NCBI GenBank assembly: GCA_963662795.1
Contig: OY759746.1
Location: 1,536,001 to 1,600,000 of the forward strand
Length of the DNA: 64,000 bases
Source: Spirochaetia bacterium
GTDB taxonomy: Bacteria > Spirochaetota > Spirochaetia > CADAEX01
Direction: 5' to 3'
Position numbers and translations under genes: made by a program. Of this stretch, positions 38,354 to 48,821 are shown in pieces; within the stretch, counting starts at the first letter, position 1; each line of letters starts with the position of its first letter. A model generated the notes under the pieces. The model searched no databases, was not told where the DNA came from, and saw only the letters and a program-made list of their open reading frames with translations.

Positions 38354-39811
38354 ATGCCGGTTAATAAAAAAAAGATTGAAAAAATAATCAATAATTCAGA
38401 AATAAAAAATTTTATTGAATCGTGGATAGATAGTAATAAAAATGAGTTTTATGAACTTGCTGATTATCTATGGAATAACCCTGAATTAGGACTTGAAGAG
38501 TTTTTAGCTCATCAAAAAGTATCAGATCTCTTACAGAAACATGATTTTATTGTTGAAAGTGACTTGGCAGACATGCCTACTGCATTTATAGCCACTTTTG
38601 GCAATACTGCTCCAATAATTGGGATTAATGTAGAATATGATTGTTTACCAGGACTTTCTCAACAATCCGATGTTCCATTTCCTTCCCCAATTATTGTTGG
38701 TGCACCAGGTCAAGGATGCGGACATAACATTTTATGCGCAACAGCTGTAATGGCTGGTATTGCATTAAGATATGCAATTGATAAATTTAAAATAAATGCA
38801 GTAATCAAAATGCTTGGATCGCCTTATGAAGAGGCCAGTGTTGGAAAAGCAATGATGGCTAGAGCAGGATATTATAAAGGTATAGATGCCATTTTGGATT
38901 GGCATCCCTGGAATTATAATAGAGCTGACTATGACACATGTAATTCTGTTTTTGTGGTAAATTTTCATTTCACTGGTAAAACATGTCATGGTGCTATGCC
39001 TTGGGAAGGTGGTAGAAGTGCATTAGATGCGGGGCTTCTTTTTTCTCATGCTTTAGAAATGTTGAGGGAGCATATAATTCCAAACGGGCCAGAAGCAGCA
39101 CATACTATTAATTATACTTTTACCGATGTAGGCCCTAAATATGCAAATATTGTACCAGATAAAACCAGTATGCAGATTTATGGAAGATTTAAAAATATGG
39201 ATCTCTCCCAAGATGCTTTAAGACGGATTACCCTTTGTGCAGAAGGAGCCGCAATAGCAACTGAAACAAAATATATTCGAGATTTTACTACTTATACACA
39301 TAATAAAATTCCAAATAAAATACTCTCAGAAGTTATACACAGAAATTTTGAATATTATGGACCTCCAGAATTTTCTGAAGATGAACAAAATTTTGTAAAA
39401 GAAATGCAAAAATATATGAAGTTAGATCCAACAGGATTAGATACCAAGCTTAAAAAATTTGGAGCAAGCGAAACTATAATATGCGATACATCTGAATTTT
39501 CCTGGAATGCGCCTTATGCTACTTTTTGGGTCACTATGGGTCCAGAGAAAAGTTGGCATAATTGGATGGTTACAGCTTGTGCCGGGAACACAATAGGGAA
39601 AAAAACCATGGATAAAGCAGTCAAAATAATGACTGCTTCTGTAATTGATATACTGTTGAACCCCGATAAAATTATAGGAGCAAAGAAAGAGTGGAAAGAA
39701 CGTATGAATGGGAATGAATACAATTGTCTTCTTCCAAAGGAGCATAAACCACCTTTAGGAATCAATAAAAAAGCAATGGACGAATATTATCGTAAAAAGT
39801 TTGAAAAATGA
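38354..39811 (+). CDS. M20 amidohydrolase, AbgB (aminobenzoyl-glutamate hydrolase B)-like
   Basis: PELGLEE, EYDCLPGLSQ, GCGHN, PYEE, WHP and RSALD. Confidence 0.85.
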   Translation: MPVNKKKIEKIINNSEIKNFIESWIDSNKNEFYELADYLWNNPELGLEEFLAHQKVSDLLQKHDFIVESDLADMPTAFIATFGNTAPIIGINVEYDCLPGLSQQSDVPFPSPIIVGAPGQGCGHNILCATAVMAGIALRYAIDKFKINAVIKMLGSPYEEASVGKAMMARAGYYKGIDAILDWHPWNYNRADYDTCNSVFVVNFHFTGKTCHGAMPWEGGRSALDAGLLFSHALEMLREHIIPNGPEAAHTINYTFTDVGPKYANIVPDKTSMQIYGRFKNMDLSQDALRRITLCAEGAAIATETKYIRDFTTYTHNKIPNKILSEVIHRNFEYYGPPEFSEDEQNFVKEMQKYMKLDPTGLDTKLKKFGASETIICDTSEFSWNAPYATFWVTMGPEKSWHNWMVTACAGNTIGKKTMDKAVKIMTASVIDILLNPDKIIGAKKEWKERMNGNEYNCLLPKEHKPPLGINKKAMDEYYRKKFEK

Positions 39812-40045
39812 TTTATAGAATTAATAAAATATCTCATAAGAGTTCTTTACTATATAAAAATGTTCCTATCAAAAAATAGATAAACCCAAAAAACTGCTTT
39901 AGGATTTAACACGTCAAAGAAACAAAACCGAGGTTTTAACAAACCGAATTGATAGGGTAAAAGTTGATTTGGATGGTGTCAAGAAAATTGTCATTACAAC
40001 TTTTTGTAATAATACTAGTGCTATTTATAAATTAGTGTAAAGGAG

Positions 40046-41329
40046 GTGAGAGATATTACTAACCAAGATAAAAAAATTGAACTACCTTACGGATTGCAAA
40101 AATTACCTTTTAAAATGAAATCCGATTTGGCTAAGTGGGAAGTACTAGAATCTAAAGAATGTAGTGAACTTTTTCCCTATGAGGATGGTATAAAAGAAGG
40201 TTTTCGAAAACCAATAAATTCTAAGCCTCTTAATGAATTAGTCATACCAGGAGAAAAAGTAGTTATTGTGACTTCTGACGGAACTAGACCGGTACCGCAT
40301 AAAGATTTGATACCTGCAATTATTTCAGAACTTAATATATCTGCTGAAAATATTACAATTATCATTGGAACTGGATCACATAGGCCAAATACTCCTGATG
40401 AGTTAGCGAATATGCTTGGTAAAAATATTGTATCAAAATTTAAAATTCTAAATCATGATGCTTTTGAAAATGGCGAAAATATAAAAGTTGGTATTACAAA
40501 GGCTAATGGGCCGCTTTATTTAAATAAACATTACGTTGAAGCAGATAAGCGAATTGTTGTTGGATTTATTGAACCACATGGATTAGCTGGTTTTTCTGGA
40601 GGCCCAAAGGGTGTAATTCCAGGAGTTGCTGGGATAGAGACGATAAAATTTATTCATAGTTATCAAATGATCAAGAGCCCTTTGCGAGGATGGGGAAAAA
40701 TAGAGAACAATCCAATTCGTAATGAAATATTTGAAATGGCCGGTATGTGTCCTCCCGACTTTTTGGTGAATGTTACATTAAATAAAGAGAAACGGATAAC
40801 TAATATTTTTGCTGGTGATTATATAACAGCCCATGAAAAAGGGTGCTTTTTTGTTTCTAAAAATTCAATGATACATGTTAAAAAGCGCTATCCTGTCGTT
40901 GTTGTTACAAATAATGGGTATCCATTGGATCAAAACCTTTATCAGTCAGTTAAGGGTCTAATGGCTGCCGATCAGATTATTGAAAAAAACGGTGTTATCA
41001 TCTTGTTCTCTGAATGCTCTGATGGAATACCAGAACACGGGAACTTTGATAGGTTTGTTAGAAATAAAACATCAGAACAAATAATTAAATATTTTGAAAG
41101 TAAAAATATAACAGAGTCCGATCAGTGGGAAGCTCAAGTTTGGGCTCAAATAATTATGGATAGGGAAATTTATATTTATTCTACTTTAAGTGTTGTAGAT
41201 GCGAAGTCTTTTCAGTTAATTCCGCTTAGTGATTTTCAAAATGATATTGAAAACATTTTAGCAAAGTTCGATCACCCTGATGTTGCTATTCTGCCAGAAG
41301 GACCTGTTTCGGTTCCCATAATATACTAA
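40046..41329 (+). CDS. larA: Second LarA-family nickel-pincer racemase/epimerase
   Basis: SDGTRP, GTGSHR, EPHGLAGFSGGPK and DQNLYQSVKG; GTG start after AAGGAG. Confidence 0.9.
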   Translation: MRDITNQDKKIELPYGLQKLPFKMKSDLAKWEVLESKECSELFPYEDGIKEGFRKPINSKPLNELVIPGEKVVIVTSDGTRPVPHKDLIPAIISELNISAENITIIIGTGSHRPNTPDELANMLGKNIVSKFKILNHDAFENGENIKVGITKANGPLYLNKHYVEADKRIVVGFIEPHGLAGFSGGPKGVIPGVAGIETIKFIHSYQMIKSPLRGWGKIENNPIRNEIFEMAGMCPPDFLVNVTLNKEKRITNIFAGDYITAHEKGCFFVSKNSMIHVKKRYPVVVVTNNGYPLDQNLYQSVKGLMAADQIIEKNGVIILFSECSDGIPEHGNFDRFVRNKTSEQIIKYFESKNITESDQWEAQVWAQIIMDREIYIYSTLSVVDAKSFQLIPLSDFQNDIENILAKFDHPDVAILPEGPVSVPIIY

Positions 41330-41626
41330 AATATGGAGTATTCAATTACGGCATATGGCTGATTAAAAAGCTGATAAGGAGTGTTTTCTTTCAAGAGGAT
41401 TTTTCATATTCTCATAAAACTGCTCCAAAATGAGAGTAAATTTGACCATATTCCTGTTGTAATCAGTAATGTAGGTCATAGTAAGAATTATAGGTATCAG
41501 CGATCTTCCTTGGGTTAATCGTAAAATGAAAAATTATTTATGATAAAATTCCCTGAGGTATTGCGTTTACAGTATATTGTGCAATAGGGGAAAAATAATC
41601 TTAATCATGTATTAGGAGAAAATTAT

Positions 41627-42232
41627 ATGACGGAAGCAAAACTTTACCTTGTGCGGCACGGCGAGACAGAATGGAACAGGGAAGATAAAATGCAGGGTGT
41701 AAAGGACAGCCCGCTGACTGACAAGGGAATTGAACATGCAGGCCTTTTAGGGGAAAGGCTTAAGGGACTGCCGGGAGGAATAGATATAATCTATACAAGC
41801 GACCTCGGGCGGGCATCTGATACCGCCGGGATAATCGGCAGGTATCTATCTTTGCCTGTAACAGCTGATGAGAGACTCAGGGAAAGGAATATGGGTATCT
41901 TTGAAGGATACAGCTGGGATTATGTAAGGGAGAATTTTCCGCAGGAATTTAAAAAAACTGTATCGGATGATAACAGTTACAGAATCCCGGAAGGAGAATC
42001 AAAGAATGAATATATTGAAAAAGTGCGCTCCTTCCTTGATTTCGCATCTCATGAACACGAGGGAGACAGGGTGCTTGCTGTTACCCACAGGGGATTTATA
42101 AATTTCGCGCTGCGGATTATTCTTTCTGTTCCGTTTCATGAGCGGATGGGAATTGTTGTCCACAACACAAGCCTTGCGGGATTTACACTTCACAAGGGAA
42201 GATGGATGCTTGAAAGGTTCGGAGATTTATAA
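41627..42232 (+). CDS. Histidine phosphatase (phosphoglycerate mutase family)
   Basis: RHGETEWN, SDLGRA, LRER and VTHRG. Confidence 0.93.
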   Translation: MTEAKLYLVRHGETEWNREDKMQGVKDSPLTDKGIEHAGLLGERLKGLPGGIDIIYTSDLGRASDTAGIIGRYLSLPVTADERLRERNMGIFEGYSWDYVRENFPQEFKKTVSDDNSYRIPEGESKNEYIEKVRSFLDFASHEHEGDRVLAVTHRGFINFALRIILSVPFHERMGIVVHNTSLAGFTLHKGRWMLERFGDL

Positions 42233-42606
42233 TGTTTTTTATAGGAATATTCGGAATTGGTTCAAAAGAGTATCCCGCGGAAAATAAAGACGCGGCTGTA
42301 GGGTTAGCCCCCGGCAGCCGGTGCAGCCTCTGCGGAGGGGAAAACACTGTGAGAAGGTATGTGAGAAGGAAATACTTTCACATCTTTTTTATTCCCCTGT
42401 TTTTCTGGGGGGATGTGTTTTACTACAGGTGCTCAAGCTGCGGTGCTGCGGCAGGAGGAAATGATTCAACTTCAGGCAGGTTCAGGGGAGAGGTCGGTAC
42501 CGGCGGGCCCGGCGCGGACAGTCATCAGACCTGCAGACACTGCGGAAAAGAACTTGATAACACCGGCAGGTACAGGTTTTGCCCTTATTGCGGAAATCCT
42601 CTTTAA
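42232..42606 (+). CDS. Zinc-ribbon domain protein
   Basis: MFFIGIFG, four CxxC pairs and FHIFFIPLF. Confidence 0.8.
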   Translation: MFFIGIFGIGSKEYPAENKDAAVGLAPGSRCSLCGGENTVRRYVRRKYFHIFFIPLFFWGDVFYYRCSSCGAAAGGNDSTSGRFRGEVGTGGPGADSHQTCRHCGKELDNTGRYRFCPYCGNPL

Positions 42607-42682
42607 CCTGGTCCCGGGCGTTTAATCATCAGTAATGAAATCCTGTACACTTTTTTTTTATTCGGGTAATATATAAGCAATT

Positions 42683-44482
42683 ATGGCATCAAATAAAACT
42701 CAGGAATACGACGAAAGTAAAATAAAAACCTTAAGCTCCCTTGAACATATAAGACTCAGGAGCGGCATGTATATCGGCCGTCTCGGAGACGGAAACAATC
42801 AGGATGACGGCATTTATATTCTTTTAAAGGAAGTAATTGATAACAGTATTGATGAGTTTATCATGGGATACGGAAAATCAATTGTTATCGATATAAGTGA
42901 AAATGTTGTAAAAGTCAGGGACTACGGCCGGGGCATCCCTCTTGGGAAGGTGGTTGAGTGCGTCTCCCTTATAAACACGGGAGCCAAGTATAATGACGAT
43001 GTTTTCCAGTTCAGTGTGGGTCTTAACGGCGTAGGGACAAAGGCCGTGAATGCCCTCTCTTCCCGGTTCAGGGTAGTTGCCATCAGAGATGAAAAATACG
43101 CGGAAGCTGTTTTTGAGAAAGGGATCCTTAAATCGCAGAAAAGCGGTACCAAAAAAGGGGAGAAAAACGGAACCTATGTCGAGTTTACCCCGGACAGGGA
43201 CATCTTTGCTGAATATCAGTACAACAGCGAATTCCTTGAACAGAGACTGTGGAATTACGCTTATCTCAACAGGGGGCTAACTCTTCAGCTTGGAAAACAG
43301 AAATTCTATTCAGATAAAGGCCTTTATGATCTTTTAAACGCTGAGGTCGGAGATGACGTCTATTACGACATAGCATACTACCGCGGAGACAAGATAGAGT
43401 TTGCTTTTACCCATACTAAAACATACGGCGAAACCTTTTTCTCGTTTGTAAACGGGCAGTTTACAAGCGACGGAGGTACCCACCTTACAGCTTTCAGGGA
43501 AGGCCTTCTTAAAGGGGTGAACGAATTTTACAGGAAAAATTATTCAGGACAGGATGTAAGGGAAGGTATCGCAGGGACTATTGCAATCAAACTCAAGGAT
43601 CCTGTTTTTGAAAGCCAGACAAAAAACAAGCTCGGCAATACAGATATCAGAAGCTGGATAGTAAATGAAGTAAAATCAGGCGTTATCGATTTTCTGCATA
43701 AAAACAGGGAAGCGGCAAAGACCCTTGAAGACAGGATAGTCTATAACGAAAAGCTCAGAAAGGAGCTCAATGTTGTAAGAAAGGAAGCCAAGGAAGCCGC
43801 GAAGAAAATCGCGATAAAGATTCCTAATCTGAAGGACTGCAAATATCATCTTGAGGACGCTAAAAAGGGCGAGCTTACGACGCTTTTTATAACTGAGGGA
43901 CAGTCGGCAACCGGTTCAATGGTTGCCTCCCGTGATGTTTATACCCAGGCTATTTTTTCCCTCAGGGGCAAACCCCAGAATATGTACGGGAAGAAAAAAA
44001 CAGAAATATATAAAAATGAAGAGCTATATAACATGATGATGGCCCTTGGAATTGAAAATGATGTTGAAGAGCTGCGCTACGCAAGAATTGTAATCGCTAC
44101 TGATGCGGATAACGACGGATTTCATATCAGGAACCTTATGCTCACCTTTTTTCTGAATTATTTTGAGGAACTGGTTGTAGCAGAAAGGGTTTTTATTCTT
44201 GAAACTCCCCTTTTCCGCGTAAGGAATAAAAAAGAGACCCGCTACTGTTACAGCATTGCGGAAAGGGATATAGCCGTAAGCGCGCTTTCGGGGCCCGAAG
44301 TTACCAGATTCAAGGGTCTCGGGGAAATATCTCCCAATGAATTCGGGCAGTTTATAGGTGCGGATATTCGGCTTGTAAAGGTGAATGTTAAATCGCTCAA
44401 AACAGTTCCTGAAACACTGGAATTCTATATGGGAAAAAACACGCCTGAAAGAAGGCATTACATTATGGAGAACCTTATCTGA
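42683..44482 (+). CDS. parE: DNA topoisomerase IV subunit B
   Basis: EHIRLRSGMYIG, EVIDNSIDE, GLNGVG, TEGQSA, TDADNDG and RFKGLGE. Confidence 0.95.
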   Translation: MASNKTQEYDESKIKTLSSLEHIRLRSGMYIGRLGDGNNQDDGIYILLKEVIDNSIDEFIMGYGKSIVIDISENVVKVRDYGRGIPLGKVVECVSLINTGAKYNDDVFQFSVGLNGVGTKAVNALSSRFRVVAIRDEKYAEAVFEKGILKSQKSGTKKGEKNGTYVEFTPDRDIFAEYQYNSEFLEQRLWNYAYLNRGLTLQLGKQKFYSDKGLYDLLNAEVGDDVYYDIAYYRGDKIEFAFTHTKTYGETFFSFVNGQFTSDGGTHLTAFREGLLKGVNEFYRKNYSGQDVREGIAGTIAIKLKDPVFESQTKNKLGNTDIRSWIVNEVKSGVIDFLHKNREAAKTLEDRIVYNEKLRKELNVVRKEAKEAAKKIAIKIPNLKDCKYHLEDAKKGELTTLFITEGQSATGSMVASRDVYTQAIFSLRGKPQNMYGKKKTEIYKNEELYNMMMALGIENDVEELRYARIVIATDADNDGFHIRNLMLTFFLNYFEELVVAERVFILETPLFRVRNKKETRYCYSIAERDIAVSALSGPEVTRFKGLGEISPNEFGQFIGADIRLVKVNVKSLKTVPETLEFYMGKNTPERRHYIMENLI

Positions 44483-46419
44483 TGGCATATGTAAAAAATG
44501 TATTTGATATAAATTTTCTTGAATACGCCTCCTACGTAATCAAGGACAGGGCAATCCCCGACATTGCCGACGGACTCAAGCCGGTTCAGAGAAGAATACT
44601 CCATTCGCTGTTTGAAATGGATGACGGCAAGTTTCACAAGGTTGCCAACGTTGTCGGGCACTGCATGAAGTACCATCCCCACGGCGATATGTCAATCTAC
44701 TCGGCGCTTGTAGTCCTTGCCGAGAAAAACTTCTTTATCGACAAACAGGGCAACTTCGGCAATATTTTTACAGGCGATTCAGCATCGGCTGCCAGGTACA
44801 TAGAATGCCGGCTCCTTCCCCTTGCCAAAGAGGTCCTCTTAAACCCTGATATTACGGTTTATGAAGATTCATACGACGGCAGGAACAGGGAACCGGTCGC
44901 TTACCCGGCAAAGATACCTGTTGTGCTTCTGCTCGGGACGGAGGGTATTGCGGTCGGAATGTCGACCAAAATTCTCCCCCACAATTTTAACGAGGTGCTC
45001 GATGCCTTGTCCGATGCCTTAAGCGGAAAAAAGAGATTGATATATCCCGACTTTCCGACCGGAGGAATACTCGATGTATCAGGCTATGATGACGGCAACG
45101 GAAAGGTTCTGGTAAGGGCAAAACTTGATACAAAGGATCCCAAGAGAGTCATTATCAGGGAGCTTCCATTCGGACAGACAAGTGAAAGCATTATCGCATC
45201 CATTGAGGCGGCTGTAAGGAAGAACAAGCTTAAAGTAGCATCGATCAGCGATTTTACAACGGACAAGGTTGAAATTGAGATTAAGCTTCCCCGCGGCATA
45301 ATGACGGAAGATGTTGTTGATGCCCTTTATGCGTTTACAGACTGTGAAACCTCAATATCTGTCAATCTCCTTGTCATAAAGGATAAAAAACCTGTACAGA
45401 TGACAGTAACCGAGGTTATAAGCTATTACGCGCTCCAGCTTGTTGATGTACTTACCCGGGAGCTTAAGCTTGAAGAGAAAAACCTCAAGGCAAGACTTCA
45501 CGCTAAGACACTCGAGCAGATCTTTATCGAAGAACGTATTTATAAAAAAATTGAACAGATGAAAACTTCCGAAAGCGTAATAAAGGCTGTTATCACAGGG
45601 TTTGAGCCTTTTCTTCACCTGATAAAAAACGAAGTGACAGAAGAGGATGTGGAGAGGCTCCTTAAGATACCTATCCGGAGAATTTCCCTTTATGATATCA
45701 ACAAGGCAAAAAAAGAGATGGAGGATATCCTCGCAAGACTCAAGGAGATCAAATACCATCTTGCCCATATTAAAGAATATGCGCTCTCTTTTGTTTCCGG
45801 AGTAAAGGAAAAATACGGAGCCGCGTTTAACCGCAATACACAGATCACATCGTTTCAGAAGGTTGATATGCGGGAAGCGGCTATAAGAAGCCTTAAACTG
45901 CGCTATGACAAGGATACAGGCTATCTTGGGTATGAAGTTGCGTCCGGTGCTGCGTTATTCGATGTATCTATTTATGACAGGGTGCTTATTATAAAGAAGA
46001 ACGGCACTTATCTTGTCATGAATGTGCCTGACAGGGTTTTTATTGACAAGGGGATGCTGCATTGCGTCATTGCGGAAAAAGAACAGATGCCGGATACTGT
46101 TTTTACTATCCTGTACAAAAGTTCTGACAATAAAGCCTTTTATCTGAAGAGATGCAGGATTGAGCAGTATATTCTTGATAAGGCCTACAGCCTTGTGCCG
46201 GATAACGCCAAGCTGATTTATCTGACAACCAGGGAAGAGGGTAACATAAACCTTACCTATGCGCCAAAAGCGAGGGTAAAGGTACTTGAAGAAAGTTTTG
46301 ATATTTCATCCTACCTGATAAAAGGGGTAAAAGCAGGGGGAGTGCGGCTTACAACCCGCGAAGTAAAATCGTGTAAATTTGTTTCCGCAAAAAAGAAGGC
46401 TAAAAATAACGGAAAATAG
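44482..46419 (+). CDS. parC: DNA topoisomerase IV subunit A
   Basis: RAIPDIADGLKPVQRR, YHPHGD and AARYIE; short spirochaete-type C-terminal domain. Confidence 0.95.
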   Translation: MAYVKNVFDINFLEYASYVIKDRAIPDIADGLKPVQRRILHSLFEMDDGKFHKVANVVGHCMKYHPHGDMSIYSALVVLAEKNFFIDKQGNFGNIFTGDSASAARYIECRLLPLAKEVLLNPDITVYEDSYDGRNREPVAYPAKIPVVLLLGTEGIAVGMSTKILPHNFNEVLDALSDALSGKKRLIYPDFPTGGILDVSGYDDGNGKVLVRAKLDTKDPKRVIIRELPFGQTSESIIASIEAAVRKNKLKVASISDFTTDKVEIEIKLPRGIMTEDVVDALYAFTDCETSISVNLLVIKDKKPVQMTVTEVISYYALQLVDVLTRELKLEEKNLKARLHAKTLEQIFIEERIYKKIEQMKTSESVIKAVITGFEPFLHLIKNEVTEEDVERLLKIPIRRISLYDINKAKKEMEDILARLKEIKYHLAHIKEYALSFVSGVKEKYGAAFNRNTQITSFQKVDMREAAIRSLKLRYDKDTGYLGYEVASGAALFDVSIYDRVLIIKKNGTYLVMNVPDRVFIDKGMLHCVIAEKEQMPDTVFTILYKSSDNKAFYLKRCRIEQYILDKAYSLVPDNAKLIYLTTREEGNINLTYAPKARVKVLEESFDISSYLIKGVKAGGVRLTTREVKSCKFVSAKKKAKNNGK

Positions 46420-46458
46420 TCCCGAAGAGGGGGGGTATGGCGGCTGGCGCGCCGGATG

Positions 46459-46500
46459 AAAAAACCCCCGCCTGACTTGCTCGCCGGACGGGGGCCTGTT
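46459..46500. terminator. Terminator between convergent parC and ridA
   Basis: A-tract, then cccccg(c)ctg ... cggacggggg stem. Confidence 0.6.
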
Positions 46501-46526
46501 GGTATTCAGCTTTTTCTGACTTTCCG

Positions 46527-46904
46527 TTAAATTTCGGCTATTGCCTCAACTTCAACAAGGCAGTCTTTCGGAAGTCTTAAAACACCTACTGTCGATCGTG
46601 CGGGAAAATCAGATTTAAAAAATGATTTATATACTTCATTGAATTCGGTAAAATCATTCATGTCTTTGAGGAAGCATGTTGTTTTAACAATTTTTTCCAT
46701 TGAGCTTCCCGCCGCTTCTGCGACAGCTTTAACATTTTTAAGCGTTGCTTCCGCCTGTTCCCTGATTGTTGTGCCGGTTATCGCCCCGGTAGCAGGGTCT
46801 GAAGGAGTCTGTCCCGATATAAAAATCAGGCCACCCAGTTTTACCGCCTGGGAATAAGGCCCTATTGCTGCAGGGGCATTTTTTGTCGAAATTATTTTCT
46901 TCAT
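46527..46904 (-). CDS. ridA: RidA family enamine/imine deaminase
   Basis: APAAIGPYSQA, ISGQ, FPARS and LVEVEAIA. Confidence 0.93.
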   Translation of the reverse strand: MKKIISTKNAPAAIGPYSQAVKLGGLIFISGQTPSDPATGAITGTTIREQAEATLKNVKAVAEAAGSSMEKIVKTTCFLKDMNDFTEFNEVYKSFFKSDFPARSTVGVLRLPKDCLVEVEAIAEI

Positions 46905-46916
46905 TTTAACCTCCGT

Positions 46917-48188
46917 TTACTTTTTCAATAACCTGGATTCAAGGTAATACCGTTTTTCAATTGATTCCCCGATGGAAAAAGTTTTTCTGGGGTATACCCC
47001 TTTTGCGGTTATTCTTTTAAAAAAAGTTTTCTTGCTTATTACCGGTAATATAAAACCTATGTTTCCCTCTTTTTCAGCTATCTCAAGTGTGTCTGCTTCT
47101 CCGTGAATATAATCAATCTCATCCCCTGTTTCCGCCAGGTATTTGTCAAGAAATGTCTGAAGTTTTTCAGCTGCGAGAAGATTATCCTCATATTGCAGGA
47201 TTATTTCCCCGTATTTGTTTCCGGCGGCAAAGATTATCCTGCCGGGCTCTTCCGGAGTTTTTACTTCGCGGCTTGTACACTTTCTGATTTCGCAGCCTGT
47301 TTCCGCCTTGAAAGCATCAAGCATTTTTGCGCTGTCTGTACCAAATACAACCCTGTGAATCGGTTCGAAGTTAAGCCCTGAGCTGTTGATATTGATTATT
47401 TCAACAAGGGCATATCTTGCGGGATGATCTTCGCTTACGCCGGGCTGATTTTTGATTTTATTCCATACCTCTTTTGCCGCGGCAAGTGAGTGATTGCCGT
47501 CGCCGACTGCGAAAAGTGTTCTGTTGCCCTGAAGGAGCTTCTCAAACGCTTTTTTAATATGAGAGAGGTCATCATCACTGTTTACAAGCCATCCGCGGAT
47601 TTTACCCCCGTTTTTCATGAGGGTGAAATCATACAGTTTTTTGAGTTTATCTTTTTTTGCGTAAAGATATTCGACAACACTCTCATCAGCATCATCGATG
47701 AGAAAAAGTATATGGGGAAGGTCAAGCGATGCTTTTTCCCTGATTCTGATCCGGGGAGGAAGCCGGTCTACAACAGTCTTTTCGGTAGGGCGTATAAGTG
47801 AATCAGCTTTTTCACTGTAATCATATTTTTCAAGATCAACTGTAATCAGCAGCCCCTGTCTTGATTTTGTATACGGGGTTTCCCGGTCGATAAGCACAAA
47901 TCCGGGCTCTGTTTTTTTAAGCACTCCACCCGAAAGATAGTCTTCCATTGTCTTGTTTATTGATTTGATTTTATCATCAAGATTTACCTCTTTCAGATAA
48001 CATTCAGGGAGGATCAGATTAAGGGTGGAGGGTTTCCCTTTAGTTGTTTTTTTGACATCTTCCCAGTAATCCCTGTTGGATGTGAACTGGTCACACGCAA
48101 TAACCGACCATTTTTCAAAATCCGTTTTGCCGGTATCCGGAAGCAGAATTTCAGGTAATCTGACTCCGTATTTTTCGAAGCTGCTCAT
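46917..48188 (-). CDS. DUF1015 family protein
   Basis: WSVIACDQFTS, IRPTE, AVGDGNHSLA, FEPIHR, IDYIHG and PRKTFS. Confidence 0.88.
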   Translation of the reverse strand: MSSFEKYGVRLPEILLPDTGKTDFEKWSVIACDQFTSNRDYWEDVKKTTKGKPSTLNLILPECYLKEVNLDDKIKSINKTMEDYLSGGVLKKTEPGFVLIDRETPYTKSRQGLLITVDLEKYDYSEKADSLIRPTEKTVVDRLPPRIRIREKASLDLPHILFLIDDADESVVEYLYAKKDKLKKLYDFTLMKNGGKIRGWLVNSDDDLSHIKKAFEKLLQGNRTLFAVGDGNHSLAAAKEVWNKIKNQPGVSEDHPARYALVEIININSSGLNFEPIHRVVFGTDSAKMLDAFKAETGCEIRKCTSREVKTPEEPGRIIFAAGNKYGEIILQYEDNLLAAEKLQTFLDKYLAETGDEIDYIHGEADTLEIAEKEGNIGFILPVISKKTFFKRITAKGVYPRKTFSIGESIEKRYYLESRLLKK

Positions 48189-48192
48189 ATTT

Positions 48193-48681
48193 TTACTCCT
48201 TTGAGTTATCAGTTTCATCAAGTTCTATTACATCAAACTGGTGAGGTATTTTAAGGTTGAAGCTCTTAAAGACTATAAAGGTTTCGGTTACTGTAATACC
48301 TTTGATAGTGGAAAGCTCCTGGCTCAGGAAATCAAGAAGGCTGTAGTCAGGTTCAAGATGCACAGTTATAAAAAGATCATATCTCCCGGTAACAACGCTT
48401 GATGATATGACTCCATTAAGTCTGCTGATATTTTCCGCAGTTTCTTCAAGCTGAAGGTGGTTCAGCTGTATTCCCATATAGACAATAGTGTGCCCTTTCG
48501 CAACTTCCGGGTTTACAAGCGTTGTAATATCAATTATTCCAGTCTCTCTGAGTTTCTGTATTCTTGCCTTTACAGTATTTTCCGCAATCGAAAGTTCTTT
48601 GGCGATTTTTTTGTATGAAATCCTGCCGTCTTTAAGGCGGTTGATTATCTTTTTATTGATGTCATCAAGAATAAGCCCCAT
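48193..48681 (-). CDS. Lrp/AsnC family transcriptional regulator
   Basis: LDDINKKII..DGRISY..IAKELSIAENTVKARI and VTGRYDL. Confidence 0.93.
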   Translation of the reverse strand: MGLILDDINKKIINRLKDGRISYKKIAKELSIAENTVKARIQKLRETGIIDITTLVNPEVAKGHTIVYMGIQLNHLQLEETAENISRLNGVISSSVVTGRYDLFITVHLEPDYSLLDFLSQELSTIKGITVTETFIVFKSFNLKIPHQFDVIELDETDNSKE

Positions 48682-48821
48682 TATTTGCCCCTTTTGTCTA
48701 ATTTTTACATGTTTTTGTCCAGATTTCAACTGAAGTTTTTTTATAACCGGAAAAAGATCCTTTATCCCCCGCTTAATGCTCCCCTTACCGTTTGAATATG
48801 TTTTTTTCTATATGAAAAAAG

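Noticed and set aside
41330-41520. Possible peptidase remnant (HIPVVISNVGH) at the island edge
   Set aside because: Too short and degenerate to support
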